Made by a program: the position numbers and the translations under genes. Positions 61,012 to 64,000 of a DNA stretch of 64,000 bases are shown in pieces. The notes under the pieces were generated by a model. The model was given only the letters and a program-made list of their open reading frames with translations, was not told the DNA's origin and searched no databases. The DNA is from Lepidodermella squamata (lineage: Eukaryota; Animalia; Gastrotricha). The first letter of the stretch is position 1, and every line of letters begins with the position of its first letter. Location: positions 4,030,001-4,094,000 of the forward strand of contig JBLDXI010000042.1 of assembly GCA_047495785.1 (NCBI GenBank), given 5' to 3'.

Positions 61012-64000
61012 TGTATTGCCAACTGTCGACGGTTAATTCCGCGATTATTAGCGGCACAACGTCAACAGCCCGGAATTGCGCCGAGTCTTAACGATTGTAA
61101 CTGTTCGGCATCGACAAACGTGACCACGCCGGTACCAGCGGCAGCAGCAGCGGCGGGTTCCAAGTCCCTTCCGAGACAAGTAAGAGCTAATTATTGCTAT
61201 TAGAGTCCGAAATAGCCCCATGGGCTACAAGAAGTAACGATAATTACGCTTGATATTCGCTGTATTAACGCGAAACGTAATAAAATTGAGCGTGCGTGGC
61301 TAGACCAGCTATAGGCTGTGCATATCTTTCTGTCAACGCGGGCGCGCCGTGTGTTTATTATTGCTCGAGAGGTTAACATCATCATCAAACTCGAATTGCG
61401 AAAGGTTATGGCAACACGCTGGCATAAACACGCGTGCGATGGGGGTGCATCACAGCTAATCGGCCTATTTCCGGTGCGCGGCCGCGGCACATCCTGAGCC
61501 GGGTGATTGCCGCCCCTGATAGCGCAACGGTCGGCTTCTCACGGCGCGACACACGGATCGAAAATTGAGGCTAATTAACATCAGGTCAACCGCTGCGCAT
61601 TTTCTCAGCAGCTCGGTTTTTTTCGCAGATAGCGGAAGTTTGCAATTTCCGCGTCATGAATTTTTCCCTCGCAAAATTTGTTTTTGTTTACCGCTCAAGT
61701 TTTGAATTGAAATTTTCTAGCGACGGAACGTCGTCAGCTGTTTATTAAAATGAGTGCCTAGTTAAGTATCAAGATGACGAGCAAAGTAAAATTAATTCTA
61801 GTGGCGAGTGCGTGCGACTAAAAAAGGTTGAGATCGTGATGAAAAGTGATTAAAATTAAAGAATCCTGGATATCATGAATAATAACGTGGCAAAGTGAGC
61901 AAAAATTGAAAAATTTATAACCTGGATGTGAAAAAATTGCAGTTACCGATTCGATAGTTGCTCATGTATTATTCAAGCCTGAATTGTAGCATAAAAATGC
62001 GATAATATTGGAAAAATTTGTGCAGTTAATTTATGTTTTTCCGAATTATTTTGAAGACATTTTAATGAAAGGAATCGAATAGTTCGAACTACAATCGTAT
62101 TACCAATCCATACTAATTTTCTCAACATTTTTATTTTTTTAGAACGACGATTCAAAACGGAACGCTACTCGATTGCTGTGCGAACGAGTTTGCGGCTGGT
62201 CGATTGATGTTGTTTCAAACGGTCGAATCCACGCCGGCATTTGCCCCTCCCAAAATCAAGCAAGCGGCGTTTTAGTCGCTAGCAAACTGTCCGTGCGATC
62301 TCCGCCGCCTCAAAACGACGATTATGGCGGGCTGAGTGGTGGTACTAGAAGCGACGAACTGGTCGAGCCGTACCAGGCTGACCAGGCCGAATTTTCTCGC
62401 GAAAATCTCGGCTCGTTGTGGCGGGTCGGCGGAAGTAGCCGCGGCTCTTCCCCGTCTACCCCTCAGTCCGGCTGTGGCCTGAAATCTTGCTCCTTCGATT
62501 CAGACTGCGATTTCAGTGAAAAATGCTGTGCGAGTTCGGAATGTACGACTCGCGTCTGCCTGCCGGCTTCAGTCGAAGAAGAGAGCCCGGGAACTTTCAA
62601 AATCATCTCATTCAGCCTGGATAGCGACAAACGCGCGGCGAAATTCAACTGGATCCCGCCGCAGAATCATGTGAAAAATCAAAATACGATGTATCTGCTG
62701 GAGTTGAAGTACCTGGTCGTGCCGGCTGCTGGGTCGTCCGGCGATGAGGGTGAACAAACGCTGAGCGAGCAGAGCCGAGAGGACAGAATGAGTGAATGGA
62801 TGATAGTCGCAAATGTAATTTTTCAAGTTCTTATCCTATTTTTCGCCCCGATTATTCCTTCAAATTTTTTGAAAATAACAAATTTTTTTCGGTATGCGGT
62901 AAATTCCGGTTTTAGTAGCTGAATCTAGTTTCGCCCTCTCCTAATGAATTTTCGCTATTATGGGAAATTATTTTGATCCCTCGAGGTTCTCGCTTTCAGA
63001 CATTTTTGTCTGGGCGCTCGATGATAATTAATTTAGCTATAGCGGTACGAGGATTGAAAGAATGACTGCGACAGAAAAAAACTATGTATGTTGAAAAACG
63101 CTGCGTGAAATCTAATGAAGCTGTAAAATCTTCAAGTTTGACCGAAGCTTGGATTATAAAAAATTGAGGAAAAATTCTGATTGAAGCAACATTTTTCTAT
63201 CCAAAACCCAGTTCTTAATTTAAGGGCTGTTTTCCCACCGCTTTTACGTAAAACCAAACTCGTACCAGATATTTGATTGTATTTACTCGTATTTCGCAGA
63301 CTTCTCACTCGACAAGTTTACACCTTGACGCAAGCGTAATCTGGCCATCGACCTGGTACCGCTTCCGGGTGGTCCGGCTATCGACAAGCGGCCCTATCGC
63401 AATCAGCCAACCGGTCGGCCCGGTCAAAATCGCGAAAGAACTTCGCGAGCTGTCCGAGCCTCGCAATGTCACCGCTTTAGGCGATCAGTGGTTTTTGAAT
63501 GTCGACGACCCAGAATCAGTCGACGGAACAATAACATGGCTACCACCCCTGAATGCCGATGTTCCAGTCACGCGTTACAAGGTGTTCTACACGCAATATG
63601 TCCCGTCGAATGTTCTCGCTATTCTATCATCCCCGCCTGAGTTCAAGAAATCCGTAGCAGGTCACGTGACTTCGATCCAATTGGAACAGCTGATCCCTGA
63701 AACGACATACCGAGTTGATATTCAAGCAATTTCACGACTTCCAGCTGTTAAGCTACGCAGTCAAAAGGCGACAATTTACATCAGAACCGTTGCGTTGGAC
63801 GAGGCAGGCGATCCGCCGGGGTTCAATGCTAGACGCAGTACGATTCCGTCAATCCACGGCACTGGCTCGTTGTTAATGGGTCCGCCGAAAAATTTCGAGC
63901 TCTCCAACGAGCAGGGCGATGGTTACTCGTTGACTGGGAGTGAAATTTTCAAGCTGCCACCAGCAGTTGATGGGTTGAATGTTGGCGAGGTTGTAACGAG
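61012..64000 (+). CDS. ANOS1: Anosmin-1/KAL-1-like protein (Cys-rich region, WAP, FN3 repeats); partial, 5' exons unresolved
   Basis: Exons 61012-61179, 62143-62814, 63300->64000. WAP GICP..CGLKSCSFDSDCDFSEKCCASSEC..C; FN3 PSTWYRFRV, ITWLPP..DVPVTRYKVFY, LEQLIPETTYRVDIQAI..KLRS. Confidence 0.85.

Noticed and set aside
1-64000. CRISPR arrays, rRNA, prokaryotic operons or defence systems
   Set aside because: None seen; the window is intron-containing animal-type DNA.

Overview
Eukaryotic, metazoan-type genomic DNA from a compact genome (many ~50-nt GT-AG introns, ~100-bp intergenic gaps); the taxon cannot be fixed from sequence alone. From left to right: (1) a secreted two-PAN/Apple-domain mucin running off the left edge, with repeated polybasic sites; (2) five co-oriented stefin (type-1 cystatin fold) genes carrying ten domains: two cytosolic, one secreted five-domain form with every inhibitory loop degenerate, and two with signal peptide plus GPI-like tail; (3) mu-crystallin/ornithine cyclodeaminase; (4) a truncated LINE; (5) MFAP1 and cyclin L, 119 bp apart; (6) CEP104; (7) an NB-ARC-ankyrin STAND protein; (8) DDI1/2 and ABHD12; (9) eIF4A, whose second intron holds both an H/ACA snoRNA-like fold and a complete same-strand FAM173/ATPSCKMT gene; (10) a transposon nest (LINE split by a TTAA piggyBac-like element, hAT MITE, second LINE with 15-bp TSD) apparently lying on a decayed gene; (11) part of anosmin-1/KAL1. 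Strongest candidates for undescribed biology: the stefin cluster diversified by cellular location, the three-product eIF4A intron, signs of operons/trans-splicing, and the NB-ARC-ankyrin gene. Exon boundaries were read by eye and family calls come from motif recognition, not database searches.
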